From assembly GCA_964394615.1 (NCBI GenBank), contig CAYMYJ010000012.1, positions 68,223 to 132,222 of the forward strand: a stretch of 64,000 nucleotides of DNA. The letters are read 5' to 3'. Positions within the stretch are counted from its first letter, which is position 1, and each line of letters opens with the position of its first letter. Positions 36,101 through 44,607 of the stretch are shown here, in pieces. This DNA comes from an uncultured Bradymonadales bacterium (lineage in GTDB: Bacteria > Myxococcota_A > Bradymonadia > Bradymonadales > Bradymonadaceae). The position numbers and the translations under genes are program-made. The notes below the pieces were generated by a model, which ran no database searches, was not told the origin of the DNA, and worked only from the letters and a program-made list of their open reading frames with translations.

Positions 36101-38150
36101 TTTTAGTCCTCGCGCCCGTGCATTGGCCACGCTTTTTTGGTCGCTGCGAGGCAAGTCTAGTTTTCAAACGACCTGGGGCCGCCGAGCGCAGAGCTTTGGC
36201 CGGCTCAGGAAAACGCTTGAACACCACGGTCCGCTTCGCGAGCTTGGTGAGGTTTTTGCCGCTGAACTCGAGACATTTGGGTTGGAGCTCGGCCTGTTGC
36301 AAGAAGACAGCTCTCAGATTTCGCTGGAAGCCGGCCATTATCTTGCGGAAGAATTGGTGGAAGTGACGCCTCATTTTGTGTTCAGCGATGACGCATCGAC
36401 CTTGCGGGCGGCCTTCCTAGAGCATCTGAATCGCGAAAATACCCTGAATGATTTTCGCGCTGATGTAGAGAAATTAAAGGACGAGGCTTCGGCGCGTTTC
36501 GGGCTTGTGGAAAGCTGGATCGAGGGCTTTGTCGGTAAGAATCCCCAGCTCTCTGGTCTGTTGCGTAGCGCGCCAGAGGTGGTCGCGCTCGTGATCATCG
36601 AGGAGACACTTTCTGTTCAATTTAGTTCGACGCGTGTTGATGTCGTGATTCCCAATATTTTGGGTCAACATCCGAGAATACTTGAACAAAAATTATCGAT
36701 TCGACTGGATGAGTTTCTGGCGAGACTGCGGTCCTTTGTGGATGTGCAGGTACCCGCGTACCGCGAGTATCGACGCCGCATGCACGAGTTGCTGATTACG
36801 GAGCGTCGCAGACTACGCCTGGCGGAACTCAAGCCTCAGGTCCTGAGCACTTTTGTAAGAAATCGCCTCATCGATGAAGTTTATTTGCCCTTAATCGGCA
36901 ATAATCTGGCCAAACAACTTGGGGCGCTTGGTGACGGAGGGCGTTCGGACAGGAGCGGTCTGCTTCTTTTGATATCGCCTCCAGGTTACGGCAAAACGAC
37001 GCTGATGGAATACATCGCCCAACGCCTGGGGCTCGTGTTTGTCAAAGTAAATGGGCCCTCGCTGGGGCATAGCGTCACGTCGCTCGACCCGGCAGAGGCG
37101 CCCAATGCGACGGCTCGGCAAGAGGTCGAGAAGATCAATTTGGCGCTCGAGATGGGCAATAATGTTTTGCTTTATCTCGACGATATTCAGCACACAGATT
37201 CGGAACTTCTTCAGAAATTTATTTCGCTATGCGACGCAACGCGTCGGATTGAAGGCGTCTGGAAGGGGCGAACGCGTACGTATGACATGCGTGGAAAACG
37301 TTTTGCCGTGGTGATGGCGGGTAATCCATACAACGAAGCAGGACAGCGCTTTCGTATTCCTGACATGCTCGCGAACCGGGCAGATACCTATAACCTTGGC
37401 GATATTCTGAATGGCCGCGAAGACGTCTTTGCGCTCAGTTATTTGGAAAATGCCCTGACCTCAAATCCTGTGCTCGCGCCGCTTGCGACTCGCGATCGAG
37501 CAGATCTGCAGCGATTTATCCGCATGGCGCAGGGAGAGTCGATTGCCTTGACGGAGATGGACCATGACTATTCATCGGTGGAGGCGGGCGAGATTATCGC
37601 TGTTTTTCAACGGTTGTTGGTGGTTCAAAACGTTTTGTTGATGGTCAATCAGGCCTATATCGCGTCAGCTTCGCAAGACGACGACTACCGTACCGAACCG
37701 CCCTTTCAGCTCCAGGGTTCCTACCGAAATATGGCTCGTCTGGCGGAGCGCGTCGTGGCGGCAATGAACGACGAAGAGCTCCAAGCGCTCATCGATGACC
37801 ACTATGTTGGGGAATCGCAGACGCTGACGAAAGGCGCGGAACAAAACCTTCTGAAATTGGCCGAGATGCGGGGACGAATGTCCGAGGAAGCCGCGTCGCG
37901 CTGGGTGACAATGAAACGTGAGTTCATGCGCCGAAACATGATGGGTGGTGCCGAAGATCCGATTTCGCGCGTTGCCGCGCCTTTGAGTGGCTTGGTGCAG
38001 AAGCTCGACGACATGCATGAAGCGCTTAAGGGCGAGCGTCTGGCCGCCGAAGTCGGTGCGTTACGCGAGGCGTTAGTTGCGGCGCTTGCCGAGGTGTCAA
38101 AGCCGCCAGAATCGACAGTTTATATGCGCCTGCCGCTCAAGGAGGAGTAG
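33102..38150 (+). CDS. Giant (1682 aa) flotillin-associated protein with C-terminal MoxR/AAA_5-class ATPase domain
   Basis: Starts 16 nt after the flotillin stop. Walker A LLLISPPGYGKTTL, Walker B VLLYLDDIQH and sensor-1-like VVMAGNPYNE match the AAA_5 pattern. The N-terminal ~450 aa are beta-rich, the centre is a long coiled-coil, and no signal peptide is present. Confidence 0.8.
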   Translation: MNEDNPVESPAVQTSSYDLIRRRLLSQGEVLKERAETLNTRRQEFFGSTQLTAIGQDRIRTENNCIPVDIVSVGGKFLFGYNVFIGLRKQTSVEDVFSLHSFSRDENEGIILDPVPQDATHFLSDARFLQDFQDLYTYYKDANLLQLRRVDGKLLAIFQVGSSLTDVRVLRWSVSPTGEVNYIDNSGVRDHTLVPSHDFVWKIAGREDHVGGRHPHVNICDKVFVEAVGGDLTIKIEDNTEDGLGIYREPVDDPNQALGDADIHYADLGNLVLIKIRPYREEKTRYFVFNTVTQSVVRIDAIGQSCIQLPEDHGIIFPGGYVLADGEHRGFDADITGMRFAESIRSPNGEDVLFVFYRPKDGRYILLAYNLIRKEVQNPIHCHGYSLFSDGALIVFRASGAEPTRVHPLQIWQSPFVSDEHAAAQPSDGSFLSRVGNADLVRGISEALTVVRMVNNQQPTMGVYESLIQAVQRTRDGYFWIDDPETEGLGDVFKDIAKTAELIIDEFVKVTELKAKASKALVDVEAQQESILRDVRFDDWKELQRFIDGLGQLHALRGRLITMQEVRYIDAARLSELEAEVVEKFDHLSKATAGFLLADDSLSPYKKSIEDLVSEVQKVKDTVEAKNLRARLDKIGEGLSLLTDVVAGLQIEDPTARTRILEGISEVLSLQNRARALLDGRRKSLLEAEGQAEFGIQFQLFGQTVQSAVSVSDSPEKCEEMLTRLMIQMEELESRFSEFEPFLVQLAEQRETVYEVFENRKQSLLEERRRRAHNTVQAAERIMAGIGRRTARMQDIDTLNAYFAADPMVLKVRELVANLRELQDPVAADDVQTQLRTARDEAIRSLRDRLDLFEGGDDVIRLGEHRFSVNTHDVELTMVPRDGTMMLHVTGTEFFEPVEDQEFQSTRAFWNQTLVSESPEIYRAEYLAATVLFDAESGASELGLQGLHQACLQEQGLAPVIRKAIEARYDEGYERGVHDADAALILEKVLGMYLTSGLLRFSPRARALATLFWSLRGKSSFQTTWGRRAQSFGRLRKTLEHHGPLRELGEVFAAELETFGLELGLLQEDSSQISLEAGHYLAEELVEVTPHFVFSDDASTLRAAFLEHLNRENTLNDFRADVEKLKDEASARFGLVESWIEGFVGKNPQLSGLLRSAPEVVALVIIEETLSVQFSSTRVDVVIPNILGQHPRILEQKLSIRLDEFLARLRSFVDVQVPAYREYRRRMHELLITERRRLRLAELKPQVLSTFVRNRLIDEVYLPLIGNNLAKQLGALGDGGRSDRSGLLLLISPPGYGKTTLMEYIAQRLGLVFVKVNGPSLGHSVTSLDPAEAPNATARQEVEKINLALEMGNNVLLYLDDIQHTDSELLQKFISLCDATRRIEGVWKGRTRTYDMRGKRFAVVMAGNPYNEAGQRFRIPDMLANRADTYNLGDILNGREDVFALSYLENALTSNPVLAPLATRDRADLQRFIRMAQGESIALTEMDHDYSSVEAGEIIAVFQRLLVVQNVLLMVNQAYIASASQDDDYRTEPPFQLQGSYRNMARLAERVVAAMNDEELQALIDDHYVGESQTLTKGAEQNLLKLAEMRGRMSEEAASRWVTMKREFMRRNMMGGAEDPISRVAAPLSGLVQKLDDMHEALKGERLAAEVGALREALVAALAEVSKPPESTVYMRLPLKEE

Positions 38151-38309
38151 TCGGTGGCGTCGGAAGGGCTGACGTCGAATTCGTTCAGACGTTGAAATCA
38201 GTCGCAGCGATTGGCGTAGATGCCAGCGACCAAGGTATCGAGAAAAAGCCAAAAAAAAGCTCGCCGAAAAGTTCCTCGACGAGCATTTAATGAAGAATTT
38301 ACAGTCGAA

Positions 38310-39119
38310 TTAGAAGTCAGGAACACAGGCACCTGCGGTGCCAGGTCCAAGCTCAAGGTCACAGATGAAATCTTGGCCGCATTCTTCGTTCAGACGGCAT
38401 CCAAACTGGCATGATCCACCGGAGCAAATTTCGTGGGATTCGCCGACGCTGGCGTTACATTGGCTGTCGGTCTCACAGCCTGTTTCCATAGGCATATCGC
38501 TGCCCACGCATTCCGAAATCTGTGCGCAATCGCCAGCCGCTGCATTGACGCAAGTGAGCAGGAGATTCACGTCTGCTGCAGCCTCGGCCGAGCATGCAGT
38601 CTTTGCTGCAGCAGCCTGATTGGCGGGAAGCAATTCGCACGTCACACCGGCGTCGATGATCGTCTCGCAAGCAGCCGATATACCGGTAGAGGTGTTGTTT
38701 GCCGTGTTGGTTGAAGTGTTGTTTGCCGTATTATTTGCCGTGTTATTTCCCGACTGAGTTGGAGTGTAAATCACGCAGTTCAAACAGGTTCCTGGACTTC
38801 CCATGGTGAGGTCACAGAACTGATTTGAGGCGCAGTTATTATCCGAGGTACATCCAACCGAGCAAGTAAGCTCTTCTGTGTTGCAGTACTGGCCTGCTTG
38901 ACATGAGAGACCTGCCTGCAGGCATTCAGTATCGCCCACGCGTCCGTCGAGGCCGCAAGCCTCGGTGGTGCCGGGTTTTACGAGCATCTCGCCGGAGGTA
39001 TTATTGGCGGCGACGGTATTATTACTGCTGGTATTACCCGAGCTTTTGGTTGCGTCGTCACCACATGCGACAGCCAGTAAAATTCCCGAAAACAAAACCA
39101 CTAACTTTTTCATCATCAT
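38310..39119 (-). CDS. Cys-rich secreted lipoprotein with N/T-rich low-complexity repeats
   Basis: MMMKKLVVLFSGILLAVAC lipobox. About 30 Cys in CxxxC/CxC arrangements. NTANNT(S/A) repeats. Lies 228 bp downstream of the SWIM gene on the same strand. Confidence 0.6.
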   Translation of the reverse strand: MMMKKLVVLFSGILLAVACGDDATKSSGNTSSNNTVAANNTSGEMLVKPGTTEACGLDGRVGDTECLQAGLSCQAGQYCNTEELTCSVGCTSDNNCASNQFCDLTMGSPGTCLNCVIYTPTQSGNNTANNTANNTSTNTANNTSTGISAACETIIDAGVTCELLPANQAAAAKTACSAEAAADVNLLLTCVNAAAGDCAQISECVGSDMPMETGCETDSQCNASVGESHEICSGGSCQFGCRLNEECGQDFICDLELGPGTAGACVPDF

Positions 39120-39346
39120 CCTGTGTTGTGCTGGGCCAATAATTCGCCCTTCTTAGTTGTTCGCTTAAGACGAACTTCGAGTTCAATAATTCAAAACGTT
39201 TTGTTAGTGGCCGGTGGACCGCAAGTCAAGGTGACATCCCGTCAGGAATTGCTCCATAAACCTACGCCCTGCCTAGTTGAGGGAGGGTTTTGGTTGTGTT
39301 TTCAAGGGCTTTTGTTTAGCCACAAGCCTGAGGGGGAACCCAAGGC

Positions 39347-41119
39347 CTATAATGCGCCTGCGCGGGCGAGCGAGGCTTCGGCGGCTTGCAGGTAGGTGGC
39401 GGCGGCGCACCAAGCGACGGCAAAGCCGACGGGGTCGGTTCGGTCGAGTCGGCCCGAAACATCGCGTTCCGCGAATTGAGCGCGTTCTAATAACTCGCTC
39501 AAAAGGTCGGCGGCGGTGTGCATGAATTGGGCGTTCAGGCGCGAAGCATCCCGTTTCACGGCGTGGGATGCGCCTGCATGGAACACAAAACGTCCGCCTT
39601 GTACGACACTTGAGACCCGTTGGCGCAGCGCGTGAAGAGGGTCTTGGATACCTTCTCCTTGCATCTCGACGTCGACGGGGTGTTGCGAGAGCACGCCTAG
39701 ATGTTCGGGCTTCAAAGTGTCGAGGCCCAAATTCATCAATCCGCCAACATCGTCCGGGAGGTTCAGCGTGCGCTCTGCTTCTGGTGCGGCATAAATTGCC
39801 AACGCATTGAATCCATCGCGGGCGTCGTCCGAGCGGCGTGCAACAAAAAGCGCTTCGAGGCCAGCCGCGCGTCCCAATAATTTCAAGTTTGCCAGGAATT
39901 TTAATCCCGCGCTTGTGGTGGGCGGCTGCAGCCGAATCGCACGGCCCGTGGCGGATTCTTGGACAATTAAATTCTCGCCATGAACTCCCACGACCACGGC
40001 ACGGAAAAAGACCAGGTCGTCGCCTGCGCGGCGGTCAAAAAGCTGACCGGAGGTGAAGGAGCGCGCCAGTTGTTCATCAAACGGTTCCTTCCACATCGGC
40101 CAATCCGCGACGGGCGTGCCTTTGAGTGTCACCGCTTTTACGGCTTTTCCGCTGCCCAGACGGCCATCATCGCTGCCTGTGGCCCCTTGCAAAAGTAGTC
40201 CTCCGCGGCAAATGGCGCGGGGAGCCGACTTCACATCGCCGATCGAAACGCCACCATCGTAGGCGCCAAGTGCTCGCGAACCGTTGCCTGGGGCGACGTC
40301 GGAGAGGGTCCAGAAAACGCCGTCTGGGTCGGCCAGATAGGTGACGGTGCCTGCGTAGCCGGTTTTGGTGAGGATGGGGTCTACCAAAATGCCCGTGAGC
40401 TTCTTTGAGCCGACATCCCGGTACTTGCGCCGAGCCGTGCCCACAAATCCACTGGCGTCGGTTTCAGGCTGCGAAAGCGCATGAGCGACTGTGACCAATT
40501 CACGAAATTCCAGGAGCAGTCGGTCGCGGTCGAAGGCAGGTGCCCCTTCGCGGTACATCCTGATTGATTCGGCGACACGCAGTCCTGCTGCCGACATGCG
40601 GTGTAGCCCATGAATTCGTGCCGAGTGAACGGCCCTTAATAATTCGTTGGAGACCGTCAGGCTGGCATTTGCTGCTCCGCGTTCCAATAGGCGTCCGGCG
40701 GCGCGAAGTGCGACTTCGGCTGCTGCCCTGGCTGCAGGCTCAATCGTCGTGATTGGCTCCTCATCTAACTCCTCCGTAGGCGTGCTTGTTTGTGCGCCAT
40801 CGGCGTTGTTTTCCTCGGAGGTTTCTGCGGAAGCATCGCGTAATGGGAGCGCGTGAATTACAGCAAGGACATGAAGGCAGCGTGGGCTTAAAAGGCATGA
40901 GCACTGCACTAAGTCAGTTGCGCCAATGGCGCCCCCAGATGCCACGGAAAGAGTGACCTTTTCGGTGCCCGTGTCGATTTCCCATGAAGCTTCCTGTGCG
41001 ACCCAGGTCCATGCCTCGGAGAGCTTGGGGTCGGCGTCCAATTTCTTCTGGATTCGGCCAGGCGCGGCTTCAGTCAAAGTCGCCACCACCAGCGGGTCGA
41101 TGAACGGTCGTTGAGTCAT
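39347..41119 (-). CDS. SWIM zinc-finger family protein (YehQ-like)
   Basis: Canonical SWIM CxCx(n)CxH motif: CSCLLSPRCLH near residue 75. 590 aa, similar to E. coli YehQ (~610 aa). Its ATG overlaps the stop of the upstream VWA gene (ATGA). Confidence 0.7.
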   Translation of the reverse strand: MTQRPFIDPLVVATLTEAAPGRIQKKLDADPKLSEAWTWVAQEASWEIDTGTEKVTLSVASGGAIGATDLVQCSCLLSPRCLHVLAVIHALPLRDASAETSEENNADGAQTSTPTEELDEEPITTIEPAARAAAEVALRAAGRLLERGAANASLTVSNELLRAVHSARIHGLHRMSAAGLRVAESIRMYREGAPAFDRDRLLLEFRELVTVAHALSQPETDASGFVGTARRKYRDVGSKKLTGILVDPILTKTGYAGTVTYLADPDGVFWTLSDVAPGNGSRALGAYDGGVSIGDVKSAPRAICRGGLLLQGATGSDDGRLGSGKAVKAVTLKGTPVADWPMWKEPFDEQLARSFTSGQLFDRRAGDDLVFFRAVVVGVHGENLIVQESATGRAIRLQPPTTSAGLKFLANLKLLGRAAGLEALFVARRSDDARDGFNALAIYAAPEAERTLNLPDDVGGLMNLGLDTLKPEHLGVLSQHPVDVEMQGEGIQDPLHALRQRVSSVVQGGRFVFHAGASHAVKRDASRLNAQFMHTAADLLSELLERAQFAERDVSGRLDRTDPVGFAVAWCAAATYLQAAEASLARAGAL

Positions 41120-44100
41120 GCTCGCCCCTTAATCTTGTCGCCAACCCAGCGGGCCATTTCGAGCGGAGTCAGTGCGGCGACCGGCATGCCGGCAGCGACA
41201 CATAACGACGCGATGGCGTTGTTGTAACGGGGTTTTCCGGAATCATCGAGTGCTGCCAAGCCGAGTGCGTGAACGCCGGATTCGACCAACGCGCGAACCT
41301 CGTGAACCAGTCCATCGACGCCCCAGCCTTCTTCAAAGTCGGTAACCAGTGCCAAAATAGTTCGGTTTGGAACGACGATATGTTCGCGGGCATAACGAAG
41401 AGCTTTGGCGATATGCGTGCCGCCGCCGACCTCGACTTCAAGCAAGAGCGAGAGCGGATCCACTGCTTGTTCGGTCAGGTCGATGACCTGCGTGTTAAAG
41501 GCATAAAATTGAACGCTTACCGAAGGTAAGGATTGCAGAATAGCCGCCATGATTGCTGCATAAATTACCGATGCCGTCATCGACCCAGAAACGTCGACGA
41601 CAAGCACGACATGCCAATCCAGGGATCGTTTAGCGCGTGTTTTAAAATAAATTCTTTCCGGAACAACGCGACGTGTGCCGTCTTCGAGTTCTCGCAGGCG
41701 GTCCAGATTGGCACGCACGGTTCGTTTTAGATCGATAGGGCCGCCGGGTCGGCGGGTGGGGGCAGGTGTCGCAAGTCCAGTGAGAGCGGGTTGAAGTCGG
41801 ACGGCCAGTTCTTTGACTAATTGGTCTACAACTTTGCGAATGAGGGCTCTTAATTGCCCTAATTGGCCGTCGGAAAGTCCGCCTTTTAGGCTCAATAATG
41901 ATTCAAGTAACTCGACCGATGGGGCGATATTTTCGCCATCGAGTTCGAATGCAGCAGTGGGATAGCCGTGTGTAATGGCGGTTGCTAGCACTTCTTCGCG
42001 TACTTTTTCGCCAAATAGATTTTGCAGTTCGTCGGCCCATTCGCGAACGTTTGGGAAGGCTTCTTCTTTTCCGCCTCCGCCTCCCAGTCCGCCGCGCGAG
42101 CCTTCTCCTTCGCCGCCTCCATAAAGTTGTTCAAGCGCCCGAGCTGCCTGACCCGCCATTCCCGTCATTTTTTCGCGTTCTCGCCCCAGAATCAGTTGCC
42201 ATCGCTCCAAGGCGGTGATGCGCAAATCCTTAGCTTCGGTGCGCTCTTGCTGGTCCTCAAGGTCGTCGTAGGTTCGACGCGGCGGGCTGAGGAATTTTGC
42301 GGCTGCGTCGCGGCCGGCTTCGTCTGCGACTTTCCAGATCCCCAATAATTCGGGGTCTTGATTCAGCACAAACGCGCCGTGGTGACCGCGTGGATCCAGG
42401 GTTTGCGGAAAGGCATCGGACAAAGACGCCAGCAGGCGTTCTCGAGCGGCGGCTGAAAGACCATCGAATCCACCGCGAAGGGCCGGCAAGACCGCTAAAA
42501 ACTCGGTGTCGTCGATCGTTTCGATTTGTTGGGAAAGCTGGTCCAAAAGGGTCGCGTCGTTTTCCAGCAGTGATGAGGCCGCCTTTAAAAGACCGCGCAG
42601 CCGCAGCGAAAGGTCGCGCCGGGTCTCGGCATTATTGGCCGAGATAAGCCAAGACACGGTCGTTTGGCCAAAGGCTTCGGCATCGACTTTGCCCATCACG
42701 ACTTGTGCTGCCAGGCCCGCGCCCTGCATCACCGGGGAGCCTTCACGAGCGAAAAGTTCGGCAAGCCAACTCAGGCGGCCGGTTCCCAGTTCGTCGTCGG
42801 CGGGTTGCAGTTCTGCAAGCGCTACGACTTCCATGAAATCGACAACATCATTCAGGTCGTCGGAGCCGGTGAGACCTTCGCATGCGCGAATGGCAGCGGC
42901 CAAAAATGATGCGCGTGGGAGGTTTGGTAGGTCCAGATTCTGGGCATCCAGTCCCGGGAAATGCCCCTGATGCACTGCTTCCAAGAAGCGCAGTCCATCC
43001 AAAATTCGCCGCAAGTCGGCGATGGGCAGGTATTCGGTGTGCAGCAGGTGAATCGATTCTGAAGTCAGGTCGGGCAGGGCGGCGCGGGCTGCCTTTTCGG
43101 CGACGGCGAGCATGGCGCGCGCGTCCCAGGTGTCTTCCTTTGCGTCGCGGGCTTGTTGCCATTTAATCGCACCTTGGGCGGCCTGCTCAAGCGTGACGCC
43201 CCAGATGCCGGCGAGCTCGATCATGGCATCGGTCGAGACCTCCCATTTGATGTCCCAAAGGCGTGTCAGGGTTTCGGTGGCGCCAATGGCCTGTCCGGCA
43301 GCCTGGTTTCCGTACGGAATGCCGCAAACGTCCAGTCGTTCAAGCGTGACGTGGCGTCGCATGTCTTTGTCGCCTCGCAAGGGATCGAGGCGCAACGTGT
43401 CTTTGCTGGCTCCGCCGGGGCCTGGAAGACCGAGGTCGCTGAGCGTTTCGAGGACGTGCGGATAGAGCCCGCTTCGCGGTGTGTTTGGCGCCAGGCGTCC
43501 GCGTTCTCGGCCCACCATCACACGTTCAATTGATTTTGCGAGTACTCGCCCACGGCCAAGTATTTCACCTCGCGCCATGGCAGCCTGCATGGCTTCGAGA
43601 ACCTCAAGCCGTCCGGGAGCAGGAAGGCCGCGCAGACTGGCGAGGTCGAGCGCCATTTGGGTTGCGGCTGTGGCGTCGGGCACACCCGAAACATGGCCCT
43701 GGGAGCGGAGGTCACGCGACACGGCAACGATGACGTCGGCGGCCAAATCTCGCACAGCATCTGGCGTCCTAAGAGCGTGCATGACGCGCTGTTGCCACAT
43801 CGGGTCGCGGATGCCGGCTGGGTACATCGAGCGCGAATCCAGCAATTCAAACGCATACGGAATTAAGGACGTAATCATTTTAGCCGGAGCGTCCGTCGGG
43901 GCCGGCGTGTCGCGGCCAATCATCTGAGGTTGTGCCAGAAGTGCTGGTGCATGAAATGCTCCGATAATTACGGCGACTTTTTTATCGTCGTAGCCACCGG
44001 CTTCTTTGATGACGGCGCGCATGCGTGATTCACGAACGGCATCCAGGCTTGGGATGGCGTCTTGCAGGTGTCGATCGCGTCGCAACGCCCAACCCAAATA

Positions 44101-44607
44101 GAGTCCGGCACGCCGGATGGATTCTGCCGTGGCGCCCGGCGCGCGGGCTTCTACGGAGCGGTCCCAAAGGTCTTCAAAACCCGTGGACGAAAAATACTTT
44201 TCGACCGAGGTCATCGCGTTTTCTTCCACTCGGTACGATTCGCGTTCATAGTCCATGCGATGGCCCGCATGAAGGTCGCAAGAGCGCACGGGTACTTTGT
44301 TTCGCACGGCCCAACGAATCGCCGAAAGCTCCGGTGAAAAGTCGGCAAATGGGTAAAAAGAAAGCCCATCGCCTGATTCAGGAACAGCGGCAAGGGCCAC
44401 CGGTGCCGTCATTTCGGCGTGACCAAGCCATTCCATCCAGGAATCAAACTCGGCAGGCAATTCGATCAGGACTTCGTCGGGGCCAAATTGGTCCAATAGC
44501 GCATCCACCATGGCCGAAACGGCTGGCGAATGGTGTCTGACACCGATCAAATAGGGCTGAGTCGATGCCACCAGGGCCTCAAGCTCGTTTTTTAATTCGT
44601 CTTCCAT
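41116..44607 (-). CDS. Large MoxR-partner protein: N-terminal ~800-aa region (YehM/DUF5682-like by size and context) fused to a C-terminal VWA domain (YehP-like)
   Basis: C-terminal VWA with MIDAS motif VVLVVDVSGSMT plus downstream Thr/Asp. Gly/Glu-rich linker (GGGEGEGSRGGLGGGGGKEE) precedes it. Its start overlaps the MoxR stop (TGATG). The size, 1163 aa, is close to YehM+YehP (~759+378). Confidence 0.75.
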   Translation of the reverse strand: MEDELKNELEALVASTQPYLIGVRHHSPAVSAMVDALLDQFGPDEVLIELPAEFDSWMEWLGHAEMTAPVALAAVPESGDGLSFYPFADFSPELSAIRWAVRNKVPVRSCDLHAGHRMDYERESYRVEENAMTSVEKYFSSTGFEDLWDRSVEARAPGATAESIRRAGLYLGWALRRDRHLQDAIPSLDAVRESRMRAVIKEAGGYDDKKVAVIIGAFHAPALLAQPQMIGRDTPAPTDAPAKMITSLIPYAFELLDSRSMYPAGIRDPMWQQRVMHALRTPDAVRDLAADVIVAVSRDLRSQGHVSGVPDATAATQMALDLASLRGLPAPGRLEVLEAMQAAMARGEILGRGRVLAKSIERVMVGRERGRLAPNTPRSGLYPHVLETLSDLGLPGPGGASKDTLRLDPLRGDKDMRRHVTLERLDVCGIPYGNQAAGQAIGATETLTRLWDIKWEVSTDAMIELAGIWGVTLEQAAQGAIKWQQARDAKEDTWDARAMLAVAEKAARAALPDLTSESIHLLHTEYLPIADLRRILDGLRFLEAVHQGHFPGLDAQNLDLPNLPRASFLAAAIRACEGLTGSDDLNDVVDFMEVVALAELQPADDELGTGRLSWLAELFAREGSPVMQGAGLAAQVVMGKVDAEAFGQTTVSWLISANNAETRRDLSLRLRGLLKAASSLLENDATLLDQLSQQIETIDDTEFLAVLPALRGGFDGLSAAARERLLASLSDAFPQTLDPRGHHGAFVLNQDPELLGIWKVADEAGRDAAAKFLSPPRRTYDDLEDQQERTEAKDLRITALERWQLILGREREKMTGMAGQAARALEQLYGGGEGEGSRGGLGGGGGKEEAFPNVREWADELQNLFGEKVREEVLATAITHGYPTAAFELDGENIAPSVELLESLLSLKGGLSDGQLGQLRALIRKVVDQLVKELAVRLQPALTGLATPAPTRRPGGPIDLKRTVRANLDRLRELEDGTRRVVPERIYFKTRAKRSLDWHVVLVVDVSGSMTASVIYAAIMAAILQSLPSVSVQFYAFNTQVIDLTEQAVDPLSLLLEVEVGGGTHIAKALRYAREHIVVPNRTILALVTDFEEGWGVDGLVHEVRALVESGVHALGLAALDDSGKPRYNNAIASLCVAAGMPVAALTPLEMARWVGDKIKGRA

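Noticed and set aside
35496-36374. 292-aa minus-strand ORF within the 1682-aa ATPase gene
   Set aside because: Embedded antisense to a continuous 5-kb coding frame carrying Walker motifs. Shadow ORF.
39123-39525. Short plus-strand ORFs (90 and 82 aa) in and around the 39.1-39.3 kb gap
   Set aside because: Arg-rich, overlapping the 3' end of the SWIM gene antisense, with no start context. The gap more likely holds the promoter/terminator for the minus-strand lipoprotein gene.
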